From: Verrucomicrobiia bacterium
Lineage (GTDB): Bacteria > Verrucomicrobiota > Verrucomicrobiia > Limisphaerales > UBA11358
DNA length: 64,000 nucleotides
Direction of reading: 5' to 3'
Assembly: GCA_035577265.1 (NCBI GenBank)
Contig: DATLVR010000095.1
Coordinates: 819 to 64,818, forward strand
Positions 35,201 through 43,248 of the stretch are shown piece after piece. The notes beneath the pieces were generated by a model. It was not told where the DNA came from and did not search any database. It was given only the letters and a program-made list of their open reading frames with translations. Positions within the stretch are counted from its first letter, which is position 1; each line of letters starts with the position of its first letter. The translations under genes were made by a program, and so were the position numbers.

Positions 35201-35529
35201 TTTGCCGATTTCGGTTTGCGCACCCGGTCAATCTGCAGCCGGTAAATGTTGAAGGCATTCGTATTGGCCAGTTCAAAAACCCGACGCTGATGGCGTTCCG
35301 AAAAAACCTCGTCCTGCCGCTGGTCCAACGTCGTCCAGGTTTTCCCGCCATCGTTGGATCCCAGCAAACGCCAGTTCTGCGGGTCGCGTTGCTGGAAATC
35401 ATTGGCCGACGTCAGAGCATAAGAACCCACCACATGGCGTGGGCCTGAAGCAAAATTGGCGGCCGCCACAGCTTGCATGCAAAGGGCAAGACAACTGGCG
35501 ATCCGGAAAATGTTTTTGAGCCAAAGCAT
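32284..35529 (-). CDS. Large sensor histidine kinase (HisKA_3 + HATPase_c) with ~800-aa periplasmic region containing discoidin-like and repeated beta-barrel modules
   Basis: H-box ERTRIARDLHDDLGAALTQI. The ATPase part has LAVREAMNNIAKHSQA and DNGRGF. TM segment: WWTVQHALTVIGGLSFVLLAASIWI. The N-terminus is F5/8-type-C-like: DPQNWRLLGSNDGGKTWTTLD...FNIYRLQIDRV. After that come 10 or more recurrences of a V.V.G strand motif, some followed by (Y/F)LQDDTG. Confidence 0.85.
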   Translation of the reverse strand: MLWLKNIFRIASCLALCMQAVAAANFASGPRHVVGSYALTSANDFQQRDPQNWRLLGSNDGGKTWTTLDQRQDEVFSERHQRRVFELANTNAFNIYRLQIDRVRKPKSANSVQLAEIELMGRTSGDTSPTPVYLDKITVQGDNPPLESVDHVFDGLVETKWLDIPKDNSTCATWVQWQYEAPSSVLVTNIARLHELRMRAAAGYPIRFEGVVAGKIAGSSRVELLDDSGFLEMTGPPELFQLVPGQRVLVEGVTTWSGGQAGVGNVRLQVRTQSTVTTPARFPPEQPLAKEDDFLWAEVGGTIEFRQQIEGQIFFELQSGNHSMSVSMPDIGEAKKLPGAGRRVRVTGICRGGFNDKGIWVAASLRATSFVELPATEEESGGGAALRSELFKDTKPDAAGITKIAQIRQMTVEEWRRRPTVTIRGVVTSLLGVYLQDDTAGIQVVVKSSDSSKLEELGEYIEITGQVGISDAATPLITANKVVFIGRGTLPQPQRLPWGQLANGRMDSQWVEMDGVVRATDGAHLLLSCDGRPVTASFGAAAAPMVNQLVDATVRVRGVGIASLDDWGRMQGVHLLIPSLQYLQVEQPPAVPFSQPVQSIASIMQVSGPVEASHRIRVEGVLTLQDGQKLFLQDDTGSVMAIYKQDVVLDSIFGRSQWSFWRTSATNVSGSAIPQFSPGDRLEVLGFRETHGYSPVLTEVLAKKIGTGQLKVEELKTDDFTDWKRDSTLVRIDGEFTGQQLMGSHLVMEVVSYGRTLQVFLPASIREAQDIMPGTQLRITGVWQMDPVQYAELGRSVGGIRILTRSLDDLVVLSRPSWWTVQHALTVIGGLSFVLLAASIWITQLRRKVEERTTQLAGEIHLREQTERQRALEQERTRIARDLHDDLGAALTQIRFLSAVESRDEAVPEETRIQLREVSEKSHQLVTSLDEIVWAINPANDLLPNLVDYLCHVAEEFFRPTPIRCRMEVADALPPVALTSEVRHNLYLAVREAMNNIAKHSQATEVWLRIQKHENSLIIIVEDNGRGFEESAAADVGEGLLNMRRRVEEIGGQFAFETKPGGGTSCRILLPLAKVAPLNGD

Positions 35530-35677
35530 GTCAGGTGGTCAGTCGGCAGAGTAACGCACCCGCACCAGCTAAATCAATCCGTGTTCGCAAAATCGACATT
35601 GTTTTCAAAGCTTTTGGCGGTCTGCCAAGTTTATTTTGTTGATGCCTGGCTTGCGGTATTGGCAATAAACACACCAT

Positions 35678-38611
35678 TTACTCAGCGAGCACACGGAAGA
35701 ACTGGCGCGGTTCCGTTGGCGTCACGACAAACGGAGAACTCGCCGCAGCGTTCGTCGTCCATGGACCGGCAAGATTGGCCGCTTGCAGCAACTTGCCCGA
35801 ACCCGCCCAAGTCAGAGTCAGTTGCGCGCCATCCCAACTGGATACCAGCATCGGACTCACAGGCGGTCCCACGATCAAGCTGCCTGATGCGTTGGTGACC
35901 GCGGCACCCGGTTGAGCGAGCCAGGTCGCCGGGAAATTCGCCGGGTAAGCGGCGTTCAATTGCGCAAATGAGTATTGGCCCGGGGCCAACGACACTCCGC
36001 CGATTGTCACCGCACGGAAACGATGGTCTCGCGTCAGATTCAATCGCCCGTTCAAAATCAGGCCACCCTGCGGGTTATTGATCGCGTAAGTCGTCTGCAA
36101 AGCACCAGCCGCGTCAACGGTGATGGTGTTTGTCCCCAACGCATTCATCCCCGAACCCACCAGTGTGCCGCGCACCACGTGCCAGGTTCCGGAATAAGCG
36201 TTGTTTGTTCCGGAAATGTTCAGGCTGCAAACCCACGTTGGCTGAAACGTGCTGCCGCTGTAACCACGATATTCAACATTCCCATTTCCGGTCAGTTGAG
36301 CAGCCACCTGAATGGAGCCGCCGCTGCCGGAGTTGCTCGCGCTGATCGGCGTGTTCGCGACCACCTCCATCGCGCCGCCGATCACCGCATTGCCCGCATT
36401 GTTGATGCCGTTGCCGATCGAGCCGCCGTTCATCATCAGGTGAGGAAAATTTACGGTGCTGGGATTGGCGCCTTTGAGAATGATGGCTCCCAACGAAACG
36501 CCGTTGCCGCTCACCGTCAATAAACTTCCCGGAAAGGTGGCTATGGAACTCGTCGCCGGCGTGCGCATGCCCGCACCGGGAAGGATCTCAAACGTGCTGC
36601 CCGGATATCCCGCTGCGGTGGTGGATGCCGGCTGGCCGTTGTTCCAATAGCTGCCCGTGTCCCAATCCACCGCCGGCGAAACATTGGGCTGCACCGAGGA
36701 CATCGTGATGTATTGCGGAGGTCCCAGACTAGGCGTCACGGTCAACTTCGCCACGACGCTGGTTACGGAACCGTAGTTGTCTGAAACCACAGCCACATAA
36801 TTCGTCGAATCCGTGGAAGCGAGATTGTTGATCGTGAGTGACGCCGTTTGCGCGCCGGAAATTCTGCCGTTGTCCGAAAGATTGGAGTAAAGACCGTTTG
36901 ACTGGACCCGCCATTGATAGCTCAACGGCTGGTTCCCCCACGCCGCCACCGTAAAGGTCGTCGCCTGATAGACGAACTGCGTCCTGTTGGTGGGTTGGGT
37001 TGTGATCAGCAACGGCTCCGGCTGTTGCGTGGGAAGAATTGTGAGGTCATTGGCAAACGCCAGTGTCCGCATACCCATGCCGTAAAGTGTGGTCGCCGGC
37101 GTGTTGCTGCCGGGCATATAGACGTGGTCGAACGTGATGCCGTTGATGGATGCGCCGCTGCTGAGACCTTTGATAAAGCCGCCGGTGGTGCCCACATCCC
37201 GCACGGTGATGTTCTTCACCAGGATATTTGAAACCGGCCCGCCGCCATCCCCCAGGCCATTTTGAATCAGGAACACCGCCCAGGCACCATGACCGTCATT
37301 GACGTAGGAAACACGCTCCACGTCGATATTTTCAAATGTCACATGGTTGACGATGGACGCGCCGTTTTTGTGATCGATGCAAATCGCCCCGGCGCAGTTG
37401 TAGGCAACGCTATTTTTGAAAGTGATGCCATCCTGAACCTGTTGCACGCCCTGCCCGACTTTGAAGGCGTAACAAATCGTCCACGCGAGGCAGTTGTCGA
37501 AAACAAGGTCGCTGTTTTTCATGTTGGCACCCGGCCACGGAATGCTGGTGTAGGTTTTGGTGGAAAACGGATCGTCAAGCCCGATGGCGACCACGTTGGA
37601 TACGCTGACATGCTGCGAACAATTCACGTCAATGCCGTCGGAGTTCCCCACGGAAAGCTTGTTCAGAATCTTGAGGTTGTTGAACGTGACGTTCACCGCA
37701 ATGCACGGAATGATGGCCCAGCCGCCCGAATCTCTGAACGTGACACCATCGGCGGTGAAGTTGGTGCAATTGATCGGCATCAGCGTGTTGACCGCGAAAT
37801 TTTTGGTGTAAACCATGTAATCGCCATTTGCGTCCACCGTTCCCCGGCCGTAGATCTTCATGTTCGCGCCATTGGTGGTGTAAAGAAACCAGGTGCCGCT
37901 GGACAACGGGCCAAAGGTCTGATTGGTCTGATAATCGGCGGGATTGCCCGTGCAACGGATCACCGATCCGCCCTGCAGATAGAGCGCCATGTTGCTTTTG
38001 AGCTTGAGGTTGCCAGACAAATACAAACCCGCTGGCACAAATACGATGCCCTGCCCATTCGCGGTGCCATACACGCTCGCATCATTGATGGCATTTTGAA
38101 TCGCCGCGGTCGTGATGGCTGATCCAGTGTTGTTCGCATTGTAGGGCGCGTTGGTGACGTTGAAAATCCCGGCACCCGATGAAGCGGGCACATCCGTTTC
38201 CGCCGCATCCGCGCAAATGACCAGCCGCTTCAGGCTGTTGATCTGCACGATGAGATACTGGTTCGTCGCGAGCGTGAAGGTGAGTTTATTTCCCGAAATG
38301 ACGCCGGTGATGTTCAACTTCTTTGGGCTGATGCCGTAGGACGTGACGCTGGCCTGGGTGAGCGCGGTGACTTCAAATGTCACCGCACCGTTGGACAGGG
38401 AGAGCTGCGCATAATCATAATCGCCGGTATAACCCACCACCGGAACATTCGTGCCGTTCACCTTGAGCGAATAGACCGATGATACCGGATATATCGAAGG
38501 CTGCGGATAAACCTGAACACTCGCGTCCGCATAACCCAATTGAGCGTGGGCCAAAAGCAGCACGAGAAGGAGAGCGACACAGGCAAATGAGCGATTGGGG
38601 TGAGACTTCAT
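35678..38611 (-). CDS. Secreted GH28 (polygalacturonase-family beta-helix) enzyme + Ig-like domain + shared C-terminal PATR module
   Basis: GH28 motifs: FNVTNAPYNANNTGSAITTAAIQNAINDA, GIVFVPAGLYLSGNLKLKSN, NSDGIDVNCSQHVSVSN and GLDDPFSTKT (NxDG / G.DD pattern). Ig-like domain at ~36734-37015 (PLSYQWRVQSNGLYSNL). It ends PRQFFRVLAE. Confidence 0.8.
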   Translation of the reverse strand: MKSHPNRSFACVALLLVLLLAHAQLGYADASVQVYPQPSIYPVSSVYSLKVNGTNVPVVGYTGDYDYAQLSLSNGAVTFEVTALTQASVTSYGISPKKLNITGVISGNKLTFTLATNQYLIVQINSLKRLVICADAAETDVPASSGAGIFNVTNAPYNANNTGSAITTAAIQNAINDASVYGTANGQGIVFVPAGLYLSGNLKLKSNMALYLQGGSVIRCTGNPADYQTNQTFGPLSSGTWFLYTTNGANMKIYGRGTVDANGDYMVYTKNFAVNTLMPINCTNFTADGVTFRDSGGWAIIPCIAVNVTFNNLKILNKLSVGNSDGIDVNCSQHVSVSNVVAIGLDDPFSTKTYTSIPWPGANMKNSDLVFDNCLAWTICYAFKVGQGVQQVQDGITFKNSVAYNCAGAICIDHKNGASIVNHVTFENIDVERVSYVNDGHGAWAVFLIQNGLGDGGGPVSNILVKNITVRDVGTTGGFIKGLSSGASINGITFDHVYMPGSNTPATTLYGMGMRTLAFANDLTILPTQQPEPLLITTQPTNRTQFVYQATTFTVAAWGNQPLSYQWRVQSNGLYSNLSDNGRISGAQTASLTINNLASTDSTNYVAVVSDNYGSVTSVVAKLTVTPSLGPPQYITMSSVQPNVSPAVDWDTGSYWNNGQPASTTAAGYPGSTFEILPGAGMRTPATSSIATFPGSLLTVSGNGVSLGAIILKGANPSTVNFPHLMMNGGSIGNGINNAGNAVIGGAMEVVANTPISASNSGSGGSIQVAAQLTGNGNVEYRGYSGSTFQPTWVCSLNISGTNNAYSGTWHVVRGTLVGSGMNALGTNTITVDAAGALQTTYAINNPQGGLILNGRLNLTRDHRFRAVTIGGVSLAPGQYSFAQLNAAYPANFPATWLAQPGAAVTNASGSLIVGPPVSPMLVSSWDGAQLTLTWAGSGKLLQAANLAGPWTTNAAASSPFVVTPTEPRQFFRVLAE

Positions 38612-38618
38612 GGCTCCT

Positions 38619-40616
38619 TCAATGAACTGACGCTTCCTCGCCGGGCTTGTTCGAAGTCAATTTTACCTGTTGCCCAGCCTTTAAATCGTCTTCCACCGCG
38701 AGCAACGCGAGATAACCATCCGACAAATAGCCTTCGTAGCCGTGACACCGGCCCTGCCAGTCACGCCAGTCCTTGGACAATCCATTCGTATCAGATCCCT
38801 GAAAACCTCCGGCGGCAAAACTCTTGAGCATCGGATAGTAAATTTTCCGCGCGTCTTTGGCCCGGCCGAGTTGATACAACGCCTTGATGGTCCAGTAGGC
38901 ATGGCAATGCGTGGCCCCGCCGTTCTCGTATATTTGAAACGCGTCCGAACCGTCCGCCAGTTCAGGTCCGCCGTAACGATGCCGGAGATCCGTGTAATCA
39001 GCGCGATGGATGGGAACCAGATTTCCCGGCAGACCGAACTCAAAATGCGAATAGCCGACCTCGTCCATTTTCTCCAGCAATCGGTCCATGATCGCATTTG
39101 CCCGTTGCGTGTCCACGAGGCCGAATGATATGGCCATGCCGTTGACGAACGTGAACCAGTAATCGTGCAGCTGGCCATCCGCACTTTTCCAGCCGGCCAG
39201 CACACCGGTCTTTGAGTCGTAAAACGTCGGGACGTAGGCCAGACGGATTTTGCGCGTGGCAGATGAAAATTCTTCCGCTTCGTCCGGTTTTCCCAGATCC
39301 CTCGCCAGCTCGCTCATCAACTGGCAGGCGCGATAGGCGAGCGCATTGGCATAGGCATCCTCATGGCCGAAGCCAATGGTGTCCCACCAGTTCGCCGGCC
39401 GGTCGCCCGGCTTCCAACTGCCGGAGTTGCCTGAGCGCGGATATTCAATCAGCCCGTTGCCATCGTGATCCTCCGCTAGCATCTTCCGACCGAGCCCGGT
39501 CAGCTGTTGAAAGCGCGCGCTGGCCCAGCGCTGATCATCGCTGCTTTCGACATATCGGCACGCGGCAATCAACAACGAAGGCAGTGTGTCGAGCGAATCG
39601 ATATCAGGCGACCAGACCGCCACCTCGGGAAACGTCGGCGTGCTGTGATAGCCCGCCTGTCCATAAGTCAAACCGCCGTCGAGGACACGGTCGAGTGAAG
39701 CACGCAACAGATCATTGACCGTCAAACCATCAGCCAGCGGAGGCGCTTTCGCGGCCAGCTCTGCGTATTCCCAGAAACAAAAACCGCAGACATCGCTTGA
39801 AGAATTATTTGCCAGCGTGCGCAGGCGGGGATGAAGCTGGATCAGGTTCAAAAAATTACGGCGATAACCGTCGTAGAGCGGATTGTCCGCCAGCCCGGGC
39901 GCTTTGGGATAAATCAACGTCATGTCCAGCGAGTATTCCACCACACCCTGCGCCTCAGTCGCCGACGGAAAAGCGATCCGCACGAAATTTTCCGGCTGCC
40001 GGCGGCGGCCGTCATATTCCAGCGCTGCTCCCGGAGTGGATGAGGCGATACGAAACGTGCCATGATCGGGCAGATGCAACACGCAGGGCATACTCACCTT
40101 GAGTTCGCCGGGCAAAAGATGTCCGAGCAACGTTGCGTGATTTTTCTTTTGATCCATCAGGAGCAAAAAAGGCGGGACCTTCGTTCCCGGCACAAACTCG
40201 GAATGCAAGGTGATTTGATTCGTGGAAAATTTTATCCGCCAGACCTCCACTGCAGTTCCATCCGCCAACCTCTGCAGGTAGCGGAAAGTATTTTTGCCAA
40301 TCGCTTCGAGCTGGTTGGAGCCCACGGGCAGCTTGTCATTGAGAACCGCATTCTCCAACCGCTCGCCATGGCCCAGCGAATCCACCGCGAAACCGGAAAA
40401 TGCCGGTGCGGTCGGTGCTAAATTGGCCGAGAGAAATGAGGATTTGAATCCAGCGTCCGAATCTCCCGTTGCAGCCCGGGTCAATACTGCAACCAACGCA
40501 CCTGAAACCAGGCAAAATTTAAGAGCCCGATTAAGCGTCTTTCCTGGCCTGGTAAACCCGGCGGTCAGCACCGCCGACAAAACATGCCGGCGAGGCTGGT
40601 TGGCGATGAGATGCAT
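38619..40616 (-). CDS. Six-hairpin (alpha/alpha)6 glycosidase-like protein, family not assigned
   Basis: DHDGNGLIEYPRSGN...ANWWDTIGFGHEDAYANALAYRACQLMSELARDLGKPDEAEEF and later YENGGATHCHAYWTIKALYQLG resemble the GDE_C/GH63/GH15-type toroid fold. No exact family motif was recognised. Confidence 0.5.
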   Translation of the reverse strand: MHLIANQPRRHVLSAVLTAGFTRPGKTLNRALKFCLVSGALVAVLTRAATGDSDAGFKSSFLSANLAPTAPAFSGFAVDSLGHGERLENAVLNDKLPVGSNQLEAIGKNTFRYLQRLADGTAVEVWRIKFSTNQITLHSEFVPGTKVPPFLLLMDQKKNHATLLGHLLPGELKVSMPCVLHLPDHGTFRIASSTPGAALEYDGRRRQPENFVRIAFPSATEAQGVVEYSLDMTLIYPKAPGLADNPLYDGYRRNFLNLIQLHPRLRTLANNSSSDVCGFCFWEYAELAAKAPPLADGLTVNDLLRASLDRVLDGGLTYGQAGYHSTPTFPEVAVWSPDIDSLDTLPSLLIAACRYVESSDDQRWASARFQQLTGLGRKMLAEDHDGNGLIEYPRSGNSGSWKPGDRPANWWDTIGFGHEDAYANALAYRACQLMSELARDLGKPDEAEEFSSATRKIRLAYVPTFYDSKTGVLAGWKSADGQLHDYWFTFVNGMAISFGLVDTQRANAIMDRLLEKMDEVGYSHFEFGLPGNLVPIHRADYTDLRHRYGGPELADGSDAFQIYENGGATHCHAYWTIKALYQLGRAKDARKIYYPMLKSFAAGGFQGSDTNGLSKDWRDWQGRCHGYEGYLSDGYLALLAVEDDLKAGQQVKLTSNKPGEEASVH

Positions 40617-40722
40617 TCACCATTACTTAACTCGAAACAATCGACGAGAGATATCATCCAAACAGATGATTTTCGGAAAGACGTGTGCGAGCGAGACCCG
40701 AGGTGCCATTTCAATGGTGCCC

Positions 40723-43248
40723 TTACGGGTAAGTTAACCTGTAAAAAACGCTCCCATCGCCCGGCGAAATTGGAACAGTCATCGAGTTGGTGATATCGGC
40801 ACCGGAAACTTCAGACCAGTTCGCGCCCAGACCAGCGCCGGGAGCGTTCGTTTGAACCCACAATCGCCAGCCGGTATGCGTCGCCGGCCAGGACAGGGCG
40901 AGCGAGTTGCCCGCCGTTGGTTGCGCCGTGATGTTGGTTGGCACGGTGGAGACGCCGTAGAACTGAATTTCGGACACGTTACAACTTCCATTCGGCGGCG
41001 AAACATATCGCAGATAGCGGAACACGGCATGATTCGTGAGGGTGATGGTGGTGAACAAGCCTTCTGGTGGAGCATATCCGACAACGTGCAACGTGACCGC
41101 ATCACTGAAGTCCGCCATGTTCGCCGCTTCGAATACGCCCGTCACCATGCGCGGAGACCAATTGGCGCGCGGACAATAGCGGAGCGTCGTCACCGCCATA
41201 GGGTTCCCGGCACCAAGATCCAGTCCGACCCAGGCGCCGCTCGTCGTTGGCGCATCGAAATAGGTGACGAGGCTGCCATCAAATGCTTTCTCCTTCGTGT
41301 TACCCCCGTTGCCAAATGATCCACTGGTGCCAATGATGGTGCCGCTCAAAAGCTGGCTTGGGCTGACCGTCAACGGCGGCTCCTGGAAAAACCGCGCGAC
41401 AAAACCGGAGCCGCCCGTGTTGGTAATGGTCACGAACAATACACTGCCGCGCGTCACGGTGGTGTGTTCCAAGCTGGTGCTGGATTCGCGGATGATCTGC
41501 GCCTGATACGTCGTGTTGGAATTCAGGAAGGTCAGCGGCACTACCCAACCTTGCGTGACACCCGTGTTCATGATTCCAATGAACCATTCATTGCCCTTGC
41601 GCCGGGCGGTGGCGACGGTCGTGCCCAGCTGACTCTGTGATAAAACCATGGTTTCATCCCACATGCTGGGAATCGCGCGGATCACCGGGGCAAACGGACT
41701 TTTGGCGATGGTATCCGACCGCTCGGCGTATGTAATGATCGGCCCGGGCATGTTGATCGGATTGGCGATTTCGTAAGCCGACTGACTGCCCAATAACATC
41801 GGCGTGAAATCAGCCGGACCGGCGAGGAAACGCGTGAATGGAACAGGCATCGTGGCGGCAGAACTCAGGAATTGTTCCTTGCCGAACACCGCCTCGACTT
41901 CAATCAGATTCGGCCAGGTGCGGAATTGTCCCGTGGGTTTTGTCGATCCATGAAAATTTGCGACCAGATGATAGGCGGCCGCATCACGCAAAATGTCTTC
42001 CTCCAATTTGACCCGCTCTTTCGCCGAGGCATTGACACCACTGAAGTCGAAGAAGTCCGCCTTGAATCCATCCACGCCATACGTCTGCAACAGCTGGAAA
42101 AAATTTGTGCGCTGTGAAAACGTGTTTAACTCGGACGAAGTTTTCCAAAGCAGCACCTTCACCCCGGCGGCATGGGAAAAATTGACGACCTGCTGCACCT
42201 GTGGCCAGGGATTGCCGTCGTTCCAGGACGACCAGCCGGAATCCACCGTGTTGTATTCAAATCCCAGCCGGGCGGCCCACAAGGAATTCGTCATCGCGTT
42301 GGTCCAGGTGATGCCACCGGGTTGCGGGCGCAGCCAATCCCAAACCGACCGCCCTGTCGTCGCCCAGGATGTCGCCGTGCCTTCAGGAAACAGGACCGGA
42401 TCAGGTGGCGGTGCGAGACTTTCCACAATGTCATTATTCACGATCATGTTGAGGTTTGAGCCAACCATGATGACGTTCCACGGTGTGCTGACTGCGCCGG
42501 CCACGGACACGCCGGTGCCGCCGCCCTGGTTGACTGGATAGGTCACTTGAAATTTTCGCCCGGTCGGGTCCGCGATTTTGGTCAGATACGGACTGCCGAA
42601 CACTCCCAAGGTGGACTCCGTGAGCGCGACAAATCCATTCGCTCCCGGAAGCTGAACCGTCACCGGCGGACCCATCGCCGTGTTGGTTGCCATCGCAGTG
42701 ATGCTCATGCCGCTGTAAACACCCTCGTAAACCGAAGTGCCATTCTGTGACCAGACCGTGCTGCTGTCCGGAATGACAAAGCTGCTGGATTCCGCCGTGA
42801 TATTTTTCGTCGCCGAGTTGGTGAATTCGTAGCGGAACGCCACCCCGTTGCCATATGCACGGACATTGAGAAAGCCGGTCAAACCCGACGCCGCATGATT
42901 CAAGGTGATGAGCTGAGCCTGAAATTGGTCCACACCGGTCGCGTGGATCCCGTGGCGTGACGGAAATATTCCATTCGTCGAGTAGGCGGTCGCACCGGCG
43001 ATGGTCACCCCTGAGCCTAGATTGGTGCCGTTGACCGTAACGCCAAGTGATGACGCTTCAATCACCGGCACTCCGCGATACGTCACGGAATAATTTAAAT
43101 TCCCTGAGGTCGTTTGAACGGTCGCTACGACCGCCCCGTCCGGTCCGGTGACGGTAACCGCCGACGCGCACGCGTTGCCCAGCATCAGCAAGCCCGCCAG
43201 CAACAAGGCCCGCAACGCATTCCGCCTTTGAAAATCACGCCCGCTCAC
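40723..43248 (-). CDS. Secreted GH97 glycosidase + discoidin (F5/8 type C, CBM32-like) domain + conserved C-terminal domain
   Basis: GH97 motifs: LNVRAYGNGVAFRYEF, YNTVDSGWSSW, YGVDGFKADFFD, NFHGSTKPTGQFRTWPNLIEVEAVFGKE. Discoidin-like part: KEKAFDGSLVTYFDAPTTSGAWVGLDLG. The tail ends GSVFYRLTYP. The GTG start overlaps the aguA stop (GTGA). Confidence 0.85.
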   Translation of the reverse strand: MSGRDFQRRNALRALLLAGLLMLGNACASAVTVTGPDGAVVATVQTTSGNLNYSVTYRGVPVIEASSLGVTVNGTNLGSGVTIAGATAYSTNGIFPSRHGIHATGVDQFQAQLITLNHAASGLTGFLNVRAYGNGVAFRYEFTNSATKNITAESSSFVIPDSSTVWSQNGTSVYEGVYSGMSITAMATNTAMGPPVTVQLPGANGFVALTESTLGVFGSPYLTKIADPTGRKFQVTYPVNQGGGTGVSVAGAVSTPWNVIMVGSNLNMIVNNDIVESLAPPPDPVLFPEGTATSWATTGRSVWDWLRPQPGGITWTNAMTNSLWAARLGFEYNTVDSGWSSWNDGNPWPQVQQVVNFSHAAGVKVLLWKTSSELNTFSQRTNFFQLLQTYGVDGFKADFFDFSGVNASAKERVKLEEDILRDAAAYHLVANFHGSTKPTGQFRTWPNLIEVEAVFGKEQFLSSAATMPVPFTRFLAGPADFTPMLLGSQSAYEIANPINMPGPIITYAERSDTIAKSPFAPVIRAIPSMWDETMVLSQSQLGTTVATARRKGNEWFIGIMNTGVTQGWVVPLTFLNSNTTYQAQIIRESSTSLEHTTVTRGSVLFVTITNTGGSGFVARFFQEPPLTVSPSQLLSGTIIGTSGSFGNGGNTKEKAFDGSLVTYFDAPTTSGAWVGLDLGAGNPMAVTTLRYCPRANWSPRMVTGVFEAANMADFSDAVTLHVVGYAPPEGLFTTITLTNHAVFRYLRYVSPPNGSCNVSEIQFYGVSTVPTNITAQPTAGNSLALSWPATHTGWRLWVQTNAPGAGLGANWSEVSGADITNSMTVPISPGDGSVFYRLTYP

